A stretch of DNA of 64,000 bases from a virus. The translations under genes were made by a program, and so were the position numbers. The notes under the pieces were generated by a model, which searched no databases, was not told where the DNA came from, and saw nothing but the letters and a program-made list of their open reading frames with translations. The stretch covers positions 116,135 through 180,134 of IMG/VR virus record IMGVR_UViG_3300023202_000336; one strand, given 5' to 3'. Within the stretch, counting starts at the first letter, position 1, and each line of letters starts with the position of its first letter. Below are positions 1 through 8,976 of the stretch, piece by piece.

Positions 1-206
1 TACTGTTGTTTCCCGGATCAACGAAGCAGGTGTACAAGAAGAATAGGTCGATATTAATACCTCTGCTCGACGAGATAAGAGTCGATGGTGACATCAAGAA
101 AGGCGAATTCGACACTACCGTAGAGTACGCTTGTGGATACCCTATATATAGGGTCAGAGACTGTTTAACAAAAAGATTTCCTTTTGTTTGCTAGAAAGGA
201 GCAAAC

Positions 207-956
207 GTGCTAGAATTAGGAGATATCACACTCGCTGTTGATGATAGTAAGCACGCTCTCATTATCCTCACCGAGAACTTCGATCATGTACCAGAATGGG
301 CACGAACTTCTAAAGAGAACGACAAGGTATCCCTAAATATCAAGGGTGGCCTTGTCGAGTTGGAAGTCCCATACACAACTCTAAGGCTCGATAGCGATCA
401 GGAAGAGAGTGCGTCAGAGGTGACAGCGCCTCCTCCACCTAATGAGTCGCGCGAAACAGATAAGCCTAAAAAGAAGAGTAAAAGAAGCGCATATAAGACG
501 CGTTTAAGGGCGACGGCATGGCTCCCCTATTTGAAGGGGGTACTCGCTAAGCACGGGTTTACTTACGCGGAAAAGCACGACCACGGCGGAGGCGGTAACC
601 CTAAAATCTGGGAATTCGTCACCGATGGGAAGCGTAAAAATCTTCGGTGTACGGCGTTTACCGAAAGTCCGAAACGGAAATCAGAGCCTGCGAGGGCTAC
701 GCTTAACATCGAGCCTTTCCGTAAGTATAGTGACCTTGTGGACTATTACGCGTTTACATACATGTCGAAAGAAAAGGTGTATCTCGTCTCGAAGAGTTAC
801 ATCAATGTAGTAGTCGACGAGCACGTGAAGTCAGTCACCGATAAGCGAGGCGAAGCTCCGGTTACCTACACCGTCACTCCGCGGCATCTCGACGATATTT
901 GGCTTCGCGAGAGGCGGAAGCCAGCTCATAAGCGCATACTCGAGGTCCTGACGTAG
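207..956 (+). CDS. Hypothetical protein (249 aa)
   Basis: Long ORF with AAGGAG upstream; ends tail-to-tail with the terminase; no motif recognised. Confidence 0.6.
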   Translation: MLELGDITLAVDDSKHALIILTENFDHVPEWARTSKENDKVSLNIKGGLVELEVPYTTLRLDSDQEESASEVTAPPPPNESRETDKPKKKSKRSAYKTRLRATAWLPYLKGVLAKHGFTYAEKHDHGGGGNPKIWEFVTDGKRKNLRCTAFTESPKRKSEPARATLNIEPFRKYSDLVDYYAFTYMSKEKVYLVSKSYINVVVDEHVKSVTDKRGEAPVTYTVTPRHLDDIWLRERRKPAHKRILEVLT

Positions 957-2675
957 TCATATCGACTCGACGAATACCTCAGCGAGCTTCGGCCATCTAT
1001 TGAGCATGTGATAGATGGCCATCACCCCGAAATTAATGGCGTGTACCACGTCGTCGGTTCTTCTACTCATCCGTTTAACGAGTCTCTTCGGAGATCCGCG
1101 CGGATTATCGATGGACTCTTCGTAGATGTTAAGGAAGTCACGAAGATGGTCATCGAGGTACTCATCGTTCTTCGGCAGGAGCACCTGTCCTGACTTGATA
1201 AGTTCACAGAGTAGGAGGACCGAGCGTGGTTTGTCGAGTGTAAAGCTCGAACGAGCGCCGATTAGTTTCGCCGGCTTGTTGTAAAAGACGAGCGGTTTAG
1301 TAGTAGCGGTAACGCTATAAGTAAAAGGAATTACTCTTTCAGCCGGCCACCCAGCGGCGTTGAGCATCTGCTCCTGAACGTTTCCTTGTCCGCCGTAATC
1401 GATAGCTACATATTCGGAATGACTCATACGTGCGACGTTTGCGACGAGTTCCGCTTCGTGTGCATGATCTGTCTCATACGGGATCTTATGAAGCCATTTC
1501 ACTTCTATCACACCCGACGTGAGCACGCCCATCAAGGCGACTGCGGTATTAGATACGAAGTCTTCCGTATCGGTGGTTTTCTCTTTACCACGTCCGCCCC
1601 AGTCAACTCCCACCAGCTGCATGATGTACTGACCGTGAGGCATGTTCTCAGGGTGACACGGTTCGACCTTACATGCTTCGCGAATCTGTTCGGCGGTAAT
1701 AACTTTCGCACCGACGTCGTACGACTCTCCGAGAATCTCGTTATGAAAGACATATGCGGGCTTGTTCTTCTGAACTTCGAGTATTTCCTGCCACGAATTC
1801 GGAGATTCGTAGTGCATAGGAAGGGTCGGTTGTGAGACGTGATATCCTGCGAATTTAGCCCGGCGCTCGGGAAAATCGTGAACGAAAAATCCGAGCTTAC
1901 TATTCAGCGGCTTACCGCACTTAGAGCATACGAGCGTCTTGGACCCTAACATCTGAAGCAAGTCACCATCGACCGCCGATCGGTTTACACGTTTGCATCC
2001 GATTTCCTGACACGGTATATGCCATATCCCTTGAGAAGAGTCCTCCCAGTACAGCTGTATCGGATTATCAAATGTTTTCGGCGTACCCGTCATTCGCATG
2101 ATTTTAAACGGAGACGCACCCATACAGGCTTCGATGATAGGTATGTCCTCGATAGCGAAATCCTGGGTTTCATCGAGATCTACTTCGTCTGCAGGAACTC
2201 CTCGAATGCGGTTCGGATCCCCGTGTGAGTACATGTAGTAAAGATTCGATTCGTTACCAATGCTTCTCTGTAGTACAGTATCGATGCTTTTATCTCCGAT
2301 TATGAACCGCTTCGCAGGAGACGTCGAGAGGAACGGTTTCACGTAGTTCTGACTGAATTTACGTACCTGCTCGAAGAGAGGCATGACTGTGAGAATGTTG
2401 TAGAACGGTTGCGCAGATGCTCTCAGTATCTGAGACGCCGCCATATTTGTACTTTTCGACGTCTGGCGCCCGGTACGGAAAATCATACGTCTGGGCATAT
2501 TTTTCAGGCGAAACATCGGTTCGAAGAGAAAATGAGACCACTCGAGAGAGTACGGTTTTCCTCTTAAACTAAATAACAGCGGGAGCATCTTTGAAAGTGG
2601 GCGATCATCGCAGTGGTCGTATTTTTCGAGATACGACTCGACCTGATCCGCGACCTGTAAGGGACTCCCCGTCAT
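957..2675 (-). CDS. terL: Terminase large subunit
   Basis: ATPase motifs GRQTSKST and DLDETQD, coupling motif TGTPK, Cys-rich segment, nuclease motif GVDWGG and terminal DDVVHA. Start placed at MTGSP (2675) because the longer ORF overlaps the Fic gene. Confidence 0.85.
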   Translation of the reverse strand: MTGSPLQVADQVESYLEKYDHCDDRPLSKMLPLLFSLRGKPYSLEWSHFLFEPMFRLKNMPRRMIFRTGRQTSKSTNMAASQILRASAQPFYNILTVMPLFEQVRKFSQNYVKPFLSTSPAKRFIIGDKSIDTVLQRSIGNESNLYYMYSHGDPNRIRGVPADEVDLDETQDFAIEDIPIIEACMGASPFKIMRMTGTPKTFDNPIQLYWEDSSQGIWHIPCQEIGCKRVNRSAVDGDLLQMLGSKTLVCSKCGKPLNSKLGFFVHDFPERRAKFAGYHVSQPTLPMHYESPNSWQEILEVQKNKPAYVFHNEILGESYDVGAKVITAEQIREACKVEPCHPENMPHGQYIMQLVGVDWGGRGKEKTTDTEDFVSNTAVALMGVLTSGVIEVKWLHKIPYETDHAHEAELVANVARMSHSEYVAIDYGGQGNVQEQMLNAAGWPAERVIPFTYSVTATTKPLVFYNKPAKLIGARSSFTLDKPRSVLLLCELIKSGQVLLPKNDEYLDDHLRDFLNIYEESIDNPRGSPKRLVKRMSRRTDDVVHAINFGVMAIYHMLNRWPKLAEVFVESI

Positions 2676-2724
2676 TATGCCGCAACTTTTATTGCACAAT
2701 TGCGAAAATGCAAGGAGCTTTTCG

Positions 2725-3270
2725 ATGACCAAGCCATTACCCCTTGATGTAACGAAACTTAGGGATTTCGTGATAGAATCAAATACGGTCGAAGGCATCG
2801 TCAGAGACGAGAAAACACTTAAGGAGGAGGTAGAAGCTCACGAGCGACTGCTTCGGTGCAAAAAGGTCGAGGTTCGAGACGTCGTAAGACTCGTGAACAC
2901 AGTGCAGCCGAACGCTCAGTTCAGGGATCATCAAGATATCCCGGGAGTCTGCGTGATAGCGAGGGTGCAGCGTCGGCATCATACCGAGACAGTCGTTATG
3001 TCCGAACCTCCAGAGAGTGGACCGCTCATCAGGGCCCGTCTACAAGACGTGCTCGATAAAGTCGAGAGGATGGAGAACGTTTATACGAATCATCTTCTTT
3101 ATGAAGAGCTTCACCCTTTTACCGACGGGAACGGTCGTTCAGGACGGGCGGTATGGCTATGGCAGATGTTGCGTACTGATATACCGTGGGGTTATCGATT
3201 CGAGCTACCGTTCCTGCAGAAGTGGTACTATGACTCGTTCTCTATGCTCGCTCAGGAGCCTCGTATCTGA
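2725..3270 (+). CDS. Fic-domain protein (AMPylase family)
   Basis: Canonical HPFTDGNGRSGR motif; AAGGAG at 2712-2717 before ATG 2725. Confidence 0.9.
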   Translation: MTKPLPLDVTKLRDFVIESNTVEGIVRDEKTLKEEVEAHERLLRCKKVEVRDVVRLVNTVQPNAQFRDHQDIPGVCVIARVQRRHHTETVVMSEPPESGPLIRARLQDVLDKVERMENVYTNHLLYEELHPFTDGNGRSGRAVWLWQMLRTDIPWGYRFELPFLQKWYYDSFSMLAQEPRI

Positions 3271-3414
3271 GACGAGATGGATCATCGAGGTAGGCATATA
3301 TGAGGCAGATAGACACCCGAGTATAGGAGTATATATGAGAAAGTAATCGCGAGCTACTAATGCACGAGAAGTAATAGCGAGCTACTAACGTACGAGAAAG
3401 AAGAGGATACTAGA

Positions 3415-3726
3415 GTGAAGTATACGAGAGTGAAACATGCGAGAAACAAGAGTGCCGCGACCTCCGGTGAGAAATTCATTTGGAGTGTATTCGCGTGGTC
3501 AGCGTTAGGCGCTATCGTTCTAATAGCCTTTGATTACATATGGCCCTACGCAGTCGCAGCCGCGTTCTGGTGGTCAGTTTTATGGAGCCTTTGCTGGGTT
3601 CTGAATACTCTATTCGACAAAGTTGAGTGGCTGGATGACTGGCTTGTAGGAGGGCCCGGACTGAGAGAAGTAAAAAGGGAGGTCGCTAAATACCATAAAG
3701 AACAAGTATTAAAAAAAGAAAGTTGA
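3415..3726 (+). CDS. Small membrane protein
   Basis: Two hydrophobic Trp-rich segments; followed by a terminator. Confidence 0.6.
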   Translation: MKYTRVKHARNKSAATSGEKFIWSVFAWSALGAIVLIAFDYIWPYAVAAAFWWSVLWSLCWVLNTLFDKVEWLDDWLVGGPGLREVKREVAKYHKEQVLKKES

Positions 3727-3745
3727 TAGCGCCGAGTGATTGTTC

Positions 3746-3773
3746 GGGCGGGACAAGCCCCCGCCCTCTTTTT
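3746..3773 (+). terminator. Intrinsic terminator
   Basis: GGGCGGG/CCCGCCC stem followed by TCTTTTT. Confidence 0.65.
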
Positions 3774-3941
3774 AAATCGAGTCGAGCTACCGTTCCTGCA
3801 GAAGTGGTACTATGACCCGTTCACTATGCTCGCTCAGGAGCTCCGTATCTGAGATAAAAAAAACTAGTGAATCAGAAAATAGATGATATAGGGTATAATA
3901 AAACGAAGGTAGGCGTATTTCTGTAATAAAGGGGGGACGTC

Positions 3942-4631
3942 ATGATAGATGCGATGGTAGCATATTACGGTAGGCAATTTCGAGTACGTAATAAGAACGT
4001 GTATAGATACCTTTCAGGAATGCAAAAGGATTATAACGAGAGAGCTCGAACGAGGTGTAGAGGGTTCGAATACATGCGTTTACGGAATAGAGGGTCAAAT
4101 TACTGTGGGAACCCATTTTGCCCGACGTGTTGGCACCGTAAACAAGAACATCTTATTAGCTTCATCATGGATGCTCGATCAGATTTATTATTTTTGAGAG
4201 TAACTGACGAGGTCCACTGGGAAGATACACTTAACAAAAGATATCTCGATAAACTAAAAAGTAGAAAATATAGACTCATAGCTCAATGTATTTCTTTTGA
4301 TAACCTTATAGGCGTGATCGATGATATCGGGTATAAAATAGCAGGCATATATAGCGCGAGTAGAGAGGTTCACGATGAGGATACACCAGGAGTGTCTTAT
4401 GTACACGAGCAGGCGAATGATCCTTTGTCGGAGGTGATAGGAGCGGTAGAAAAGCTCGAATACGAAGGAAGCGATAAAGAGAGTCTTATACATGATTGGC
4501 AAGATACTATGAAGCACCCGTATAAGTTTCGTAGGCACTCGAGGTTTAACGAGTATATTCGTAGGTTTGAAACGTTTCGTATTGAACGAAGTTGGGCGAA
4601 ACGCGGAATTGTACCCCGAGGAGGACGTTGA
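3942..4631 (+). CDS. Hypothetical protein with CxxxxCxxC zinc knuckle
   Basis: YCGNPFCPTCW; stop overlaps the sbcD start (TGATG). Confidence 0.55.
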   Translation: MIDAMVAYYGRQFRVRNKNVYRYLSGMQKDYNERARTRCRGFEYMRLRNRGSNYCGNPFCPTCWHRKQEHLISFIMDARSDLLFLRVTDEVHWEDTLNKRYLDKLKSRKYRLIAQCISFDNLIGVIDDIGYKIAGIYSASREVHDEDTPGVSYVHEQANDPLSEVIGAVEKLEYEGSDKESLIHDWQDTMKHPYKFRRHSRFNEYIRRFETFRIERSWAKRGIVPRGGR

Positions 4632-5725
4632 TGGCTAATCCGGCATTTATAGCTCTCGGAGATCTTCATCTTGATTTCTATATTTGGCGTAAATTCAAGC
4701 AAGTAAAAGGCGATTCGTTTCTAGGATTCACCTCTTTGATAAATAGAGGTATAGCTCTCGGCGTTCCGGTCGTACTCGTAGGCGACATATTCGATACAGT
4801 CGAGCCAGACCCAGCTATTATACGATTTTTTCGAAGAGAGATGGATAGATGCAGGGATAACGACGTTGAAGTATACGCGATTCAAGGGAATCACGATCGA
4901 CGCCCGATACCCTGGTACTCCGCAGTCCACGACTGGCCTATTCATATCGGAGACGGTGAGGAAGTAGATATAAACGGTATCGGATGCGTTGCTTTCGACA
5001 ATATGACGCGCGATAAAATAGAAGACGCTATAATGAGCCTGAGAGACTGCGTGCCGAAGCCAGACGTCCTGTTTCTTCATCAAGCGGTGCGTCAGATGCT
5101 GTCATTCGAAGGGGCGTGGAATTGCGATCTCGATTGGATACCGGAAGGCATCCCGGCCACTATAATGGGTGATATACATAAAGAATGGGAACATAAAATA
5201 CGCGAAGGACAGAAGGCGTATTATACCGGCTCGAGCCATCCGAGAGAAGCGCCGGAGATAGGTTCGAAATCATGTATCGTCGTAAATGACGATCTTTCGG
5301 TTGAGAGACTTCCAATTGATTATAGGCCTATGACGAAACTCTATGTGAGATCTGATAAAGAACTAGAGGATCTGCGATCATGGGTCAACGAGGCTGTCGA
5401 GTCGAATCCGAAACTTCCTCCGTTCGCCTGGGTTGTGGCGTCTCCGGAGAAAGAGAGCGATATACTGGAGTTCAGAGAATCCTTCGAGGACGGCTCAGTT
5501 ATAATCATAACCGAACCTTTCACATTTAAAGATGATATAGAAGATCCAATAGTTGATGATGAGGAATGTTTAAGTATAGAAGCGCTACTTTCAAGATTCT
5601 TCGATCCAGATGAAGAACCAAAGAGTTATTCGTTTGCGGCTGACCTGCTCGGTCAGTCGAAGAGCGTTCTCGACGTAATAGGAGAACGCAGGGACCAATT
5701 CTATCAGGAGACCGAAGGTTCATGA
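4631..5725 (+). CDS. sbcD: SbcD/Mre11-family nuclease
   Basis: Metallophosphoesterase motifs GDLH, GDIFD, GNHD, LFLHQ, GDIH, YTGS; sbcC homologue nearby. Confidence 0.9.
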   Translation: MANPAFIALGDLHLDFYIWRKFKQVKGDSFLGFTSLINRGIALGVPVVLVGDIFDTVEPDPAIIRFFRREMDRCRDNDVEVYAIQGNHDRRPIPWYSAVHDWPIHIGDGEEVDINGIGCVAFDNMTRDKIEDAIMSLRDCVPKPDVLFLHQAVRQMLSFEGAWNCDLDWIPEGIPATIMGDIHKEWEHKIREGQKAYYTGSSHPREAPEIGSKSCIVVNDDLSVERLPIDYRPMTKLYVRSDKELEDLRSWVNEAVESNPKLPPFAWVVASPEKESDILEFRESFEDGSVIIITEPFTFKDDIEDPIVDDEECLSIEALLSRFFDPDEEPKSYSFAADLLGQSKSVLDVIGERRDQFYQETEGS

Positions 5726-7254
5726 CGGACACCGCCGAACTGGTATACGTGATAAGAGATTCGCTGAAGAGCGATCTGCTGAGAGAGCTGGAAATAGAGG
5801 TTGAAGAGGACTCGTTGACTTTTCCGGCTACCGACGATGAAGAAGAGTTCACTATCGAATGCTGGCGTTTCCCGAAAGAAGAGGTGAGTAAGTTAATTGA
5901 TTATGGGTACAACTGTACCTCGCTCGCTACTCCTACTAACGAAGACCTTGGGGAAGAGATTCCGGAGGGGCGAAAGATCGAATTCTTGGCTCTGATGAAT
6001 CCGGACAATTCCCCCGCACATCACGATGTAGATCCTCGTGAAAGATTCACGGTCGATATCAATAGCTGGAACAGCCCAGCGCCCGAAAAATTCAAGAGTC
6101 GAATCAAGGAGATATTCGAGGAGAGGCTGATGCCGGTAGTTCGAAAGAACATCGGCATTACGGTCCCTCACGCCGTAAAGGCGTCCACGGTTACTGAGGG
6201 AAACACTTTCATCGTCCATGTATGGTCCTCTCCGGTCAGTGCGCCAGACCATGGATATGTTGTTCCTCCGCAGATGTGGGGAATACCAGTTCCTTGCGTC
6301 GATGGTAGTTCCCTTGGGATATGGGCGGACGGTAATCCAGTTATAACAGAGGAAGGTGATGAAGTCGCTGCTTTCGATGAATATAATCTCTACATCTATT
6401 TCGACGCTGTTGAGACCGGCAGTGAAAGTGAGGTTGCTATTCTCGAAAAGATCGCAGAAAGTGTCGCAACGCAACTTCGTGATGGCCTCGAATACGATCT
6501 CGATAAAGTAAAGACTAGTTATATAAAGCAGTGTGGTAAGCGTGTAGAGATGCAGAAGAAAAATCTTAAGAAGCAGATGACGGATCTCGAAACTAGAGCT
6601 ACAGAGTTGCAGCAGGAGATGGTGCGTACTCTGCGAGAACATAAGGAAGCTCGAGTACGGGTGGAAACGTTCGATAAGCATTCAGATGACATTAACAAGA
6701 TGCTTTCGGAAGAGTTCGACGCGCTTACCGAGATGCCGAAAATCGAGAGGGTGGAGTACCGTGGTAACAGTCTCGCTGTTCATACGAAAACTCTTTTCTG
6801 TACCGACCCGAGGACCGATAAGGTACACGAAATCGGGGCTTTCAAGCTGGTTATCGATGAGCTGAGAGGCGATGTATACTTCTATAACAAAACGAGAAAG
6901 ATAAATGCGTATAAAGCTCAAATGAACGGTCCCCACCTCTTCCCCGACGGGAGAGCGTGTCTCGGGAACATGACGAAGGTGTTTCCGCAGCTCATTTCGA
7001 GTTATGAGTGGAGCGCGGCTATCAACATGGCGTTGAGTTTTATCGAGCACGTAAATGTGGACGATACCGCCGGCGCCCATATCGACATGTGGCCGATAGC
7101 TACTGACCCGAGTAAGGAACGTAGAGAAGCTGTGGAAGAGGTTGCTGAAGCCGCAGAGGTTGTAACAGAAGGGCATGATGTCCCGGTTACAGAAAACACC
7201 GTACCCGCTGCTGCGACGGAAGACGCAGCAGATACCGTAGAAAGAGAGGGATAA
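5722..7254 (+). CDS. E2 (UBC)-like protein A: N-terminal domain, coiled coil, C-terminal E2-like domain
   Basis: PHLFPDGRACLG (C413) has the same spacing as the E2 motif PNIxxxGxICL; lies directly upstream of JAB, E1 and Ubl genes. Confidence 0.7.
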   Translation: MTDTAELVYVIRDSLKSDLLRELEIEVEEDSLTFPATDDEEEFTIECWRFPKEEVSKLIDYGYNCTSLATPTNEDLGEEIPEGRKIEFLALMNPDNSPAHHDVDPRERFTVDINSWNSPAPEKFKSRIKEIFEERLMPVVRKNIGITVPHAVKASTVTEGNTFIVHVWSSPVSAPDHGYVVPPQMWGIPVPCVDGSSLGIWADGNPVITEEGDEVAAFDEYNLYIYFDAVETGSESEVAILEKIAESVATQLRDGLEYDLDKVKTSYIKQCGKRVEMQKKNLKKQMTDLETRATELQQEMVRTLREHKEARVRVETFDKHSDDINKMLSEEFDALTEMPKIERVEYRGNSLAVHTKTLFCTDPRTDKVHEIGAFKLVIDELRGDVYFYNKTRKINAYKAQMNGPHLFPDGRACLGNMTKVFPQLISSYEWSAAINMALSFIEHVNVDDTAGAHIDMWPIATDPSKERREAVEEVAEAAEVVTEGHDVPVTENTVPAAATEDAADTVEREG

Positions 7255-7259
7255 GATAG

Positions 7260-7928
7260 ATGTTTCTCCCCCATAGTTTCAAAACAGAAGTAGGGGGCGT
7301 TCCCGAGATAATCATCTCTCAGCAGGCGTACTACGACATGTGGACCATCGTCGACAAAGTTACGACCGAAGTGGGGTGGATGGGAACAGCTCACCGTAGA
7401 GACGACGGCAATCTTTTCATCGAAGAAATTCTCTTGCTGAAGCAGCAGTGCCACTCGACCACTACCGAGATGTCCCCTGAGGGGTACGCAGATGCTGTTA
7501 CGCGTCTTGCGATGGAGGACGCCGAGAAAGGAATCAATCCGGAGTCGCCAGACTACAGGGCCAACAAACTTTTCTTCTGGGGCCATTCTCACGTAAACAT
7601 GGATACGTCTCCTTCGTCGCAAGACGATGCCCAGATCGAAATATTCAGAGGCGATGGATGTCCGTGGTTTATCCGCGGCATCTTCAACAAGAAGAAGAGA
7701 GCAGAGTTCACTGTATTTTTCTTCGACGCGAATCTGGCGGTCATAGACTGCCCGTGGTCGATAGAGGCTACCGTCGACGATGGTAGAAGAGAATTCTGGG
7801 AGAAGGAAATCAGTGATAAGGTCAGTACTTTCTCGTCGAGCTCGTATTACGGAAGTAACAAGCACAAAGGCAGCAGCTATACCCCTCGTAGGACGGGTGG
7901 TCAGTTCAGTGATCGGTGGAGTAAGTAA
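7260..7928 (+). CDS. JAB/MPN+ metalloprotease A
   Basis: TEVGW catalytic Glu plus H-S-H-x7-S-x2-D (HSHVNMDTSPSSQD). Confidence 0.9.
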   Translation: MFLPHSFKTEVGGVPEIIISQQAYYDMWTIVDKVTTEVGWMGTAHRRDDGNLFIEEILLLKQQCHSTTTEMSPEGYADAVTRLAMEDAEKGINPESPDYRANKLFFWGHSHVNMDTSPSSQDDAQIEIFRGDGCPWFIRGIFNKKKRAEFTVFFFDANLAVIDCPWSIEATVDDGRREFWEKEISDKVSTFSSSSYYGSNKHKGSSYTPRRTGGQFSDRWSK

Positions 7929-8635
7929 TGAGCGATACCGTGGATACTCTTCGGCATATCAAGGTATTCGACGCCGAGGAGTTCGCGAGCAAGCGGGTCG
8001 ACGTGATAGGGGCCGGAGCTACCGGCTCCCGAATCGCGCTCGCGTTGGCGAAGCTCGGGATCACGAATCTTCACGTGTGGGATTTCGATAAGATAGAGTC
8101 TCATAATATAGCTAATCAGGCTTACGGACTTAAAGATGTCGGTAAGCCGAAAGTACGTGCGTTGGAAGAGCTTATTCACGAGCAGACGGGGATTAGTATC
8201 GCTCCTCACGAAGAGGCTGCTACGAAAGAGTCCGATCTGGGAGCATATGTGTTCCTTCTCACGGATACCATGGCTTCGAGAAAAGAGATTTGGAAAGGTG
8301 CTTTGAAGTACAAAGCCCACGTAGAACTCGTCGTAGAAACGAGGATGGGAATCAGCGAAGGAAGAGTCTATTCCGTAGTTCCGTCAGAACCGGCGGAAGT
8401 TTCATTTTACGAAAAGACGTTCTGCGACGATGACGAAGCAGAGGAGAGCATGTGCGGTGCTCGGACCGTAGTCGGCTCCACCGCTGAGTTGGTGAGCGGC
8501 TACGCTGTGTGGGCTTTTCTCAGGTACTATAAGTATAATCTCGAACGAAAAGAAGAGCGACCAGAGGTAGAAATGCTGTTTTTTGCCAGCCCGGCAATGA
8601 CTATGACGAACTCGCCGAAACCGGTGCTCGTCTAA
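7928..8635 (+). CDS. ThiF/E1-family adenylyltransferase A
   Basis: GAGATGS, DFDKIESHNIANQ, GKPKV; candidate catalytic Cys176 (MCGART); no CxxC zinc pairs. Confidence 0.92.
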   Translation: MSDTVDTLRHIKVFDAEEFASKRVDVIGAGATGSRIALALAKLGITNLHVWDFDKIESHNIANQAYGLKDVGKPKVRALEELIHEQTGISIAPHEEAATKESDLGAYVFLLTDTMASRKEIWKGALKYKAHVELVVETRMGISEGRVYSVVPSEPAEVSFYEKTFCDDDEAEESMCGARTVVGSTAELVSGYAVWAFLRYYKYNLERKEERPEVEMLFFASPAMTMTNSPKPVLV

Positions 8636-8661
8636 CCAACTTCAAAAGGGAAGAACAAACT

Positions 8662-8913
8662 ATGATCGACATTTCCATCGGAGCGCCTCCCCGCTCTCCC
8701 ATGCGCACCGTCACCGTCCCCGACGATGCTTCCGTCGCGGATGCCATCGAAGCGGCTGGGCTCAACGGCCCGGAGTATCGGAACTTCGAGATCCGGGCGG
8801 GCGGCAACCACATCGATCACCCCGAGCGCGAACGCGCCACTCCGGGGATGACGGTGATCCTGGCCCCTCAGGTGAAGGGGAACGAGTTCGAAATTCGCAT
8901 CAAGACACGATAG
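8662..8913 (+). CDS. Ubiquitin-like (beta-grasp) protein A with masked C-terminal Gly
   Basis: TVTVPDDASVADAIEAAGL beta-grasp pattern ending PQVKG plus a 10-aa tail; follows the E1 gene. Confidence 0.75.
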   Translation: MIDISIGAPPRSPMRTVTVPDDASVADAIEAAGLNGPEYRNFEIRAGGNHIDHPERERATPGMTVILAPQVKGNEFEIRIKTR

Positions 8914-8926
8914 ATGGCCAGAAATA

Positions 8927-8950
8927 CCGGGGAGGAATCGTTCTCCCCGG
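8927..8950 (+). promoter_or_regulatory. Stem-loop after Ubl A
   Basis: CCGGGGAG/CTCCCCGG 8-bp stem with no U tract; function (mRNA stabiliser or pause site) is inferred. Confidence 0.45.
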
Positions 8951-8976
8951 CGTCATCTATGAGGAAGTGAGATAGC

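Larger units (their letters stand above)
3200..3854 (+). repeat. 73-bp direct repeat (3200-3272 and 3782-3854, 4 mismatches) flanking a one-gene insert
   Basis: Direct comparison of the two copies; each ends in the dispersed 31-bp motif. Confidence 0.9.

Noticed and set aside
2416-2437. Copy of the dispersed motif inside terL (ATGCTCTCAGTATCTGAGACG)
   Set aside because: It lacks the central GAGCTTCG block and lies in conserved coding sequence; may be chance, so not counted
2676-2798. N-terminal extension of the terminase ORF
   Set aside because: It overlaps the Fic gene on the other strand, which has a good RBS at 2712
3200-3854. DGR template/variable repeat pair
   Set aside because: The four mismatches are not adenine-specific and no reverse transcriptase is in the window
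7928-8913. Thiamine/molybdopterin sulfur-transfer genes (thiF-thiS, moeB-moaD)
   Set aside because: No thiG, moaE or similar genes; the E1s lack zinc CxxC pairs and are flanked by E2-like and JAB genes
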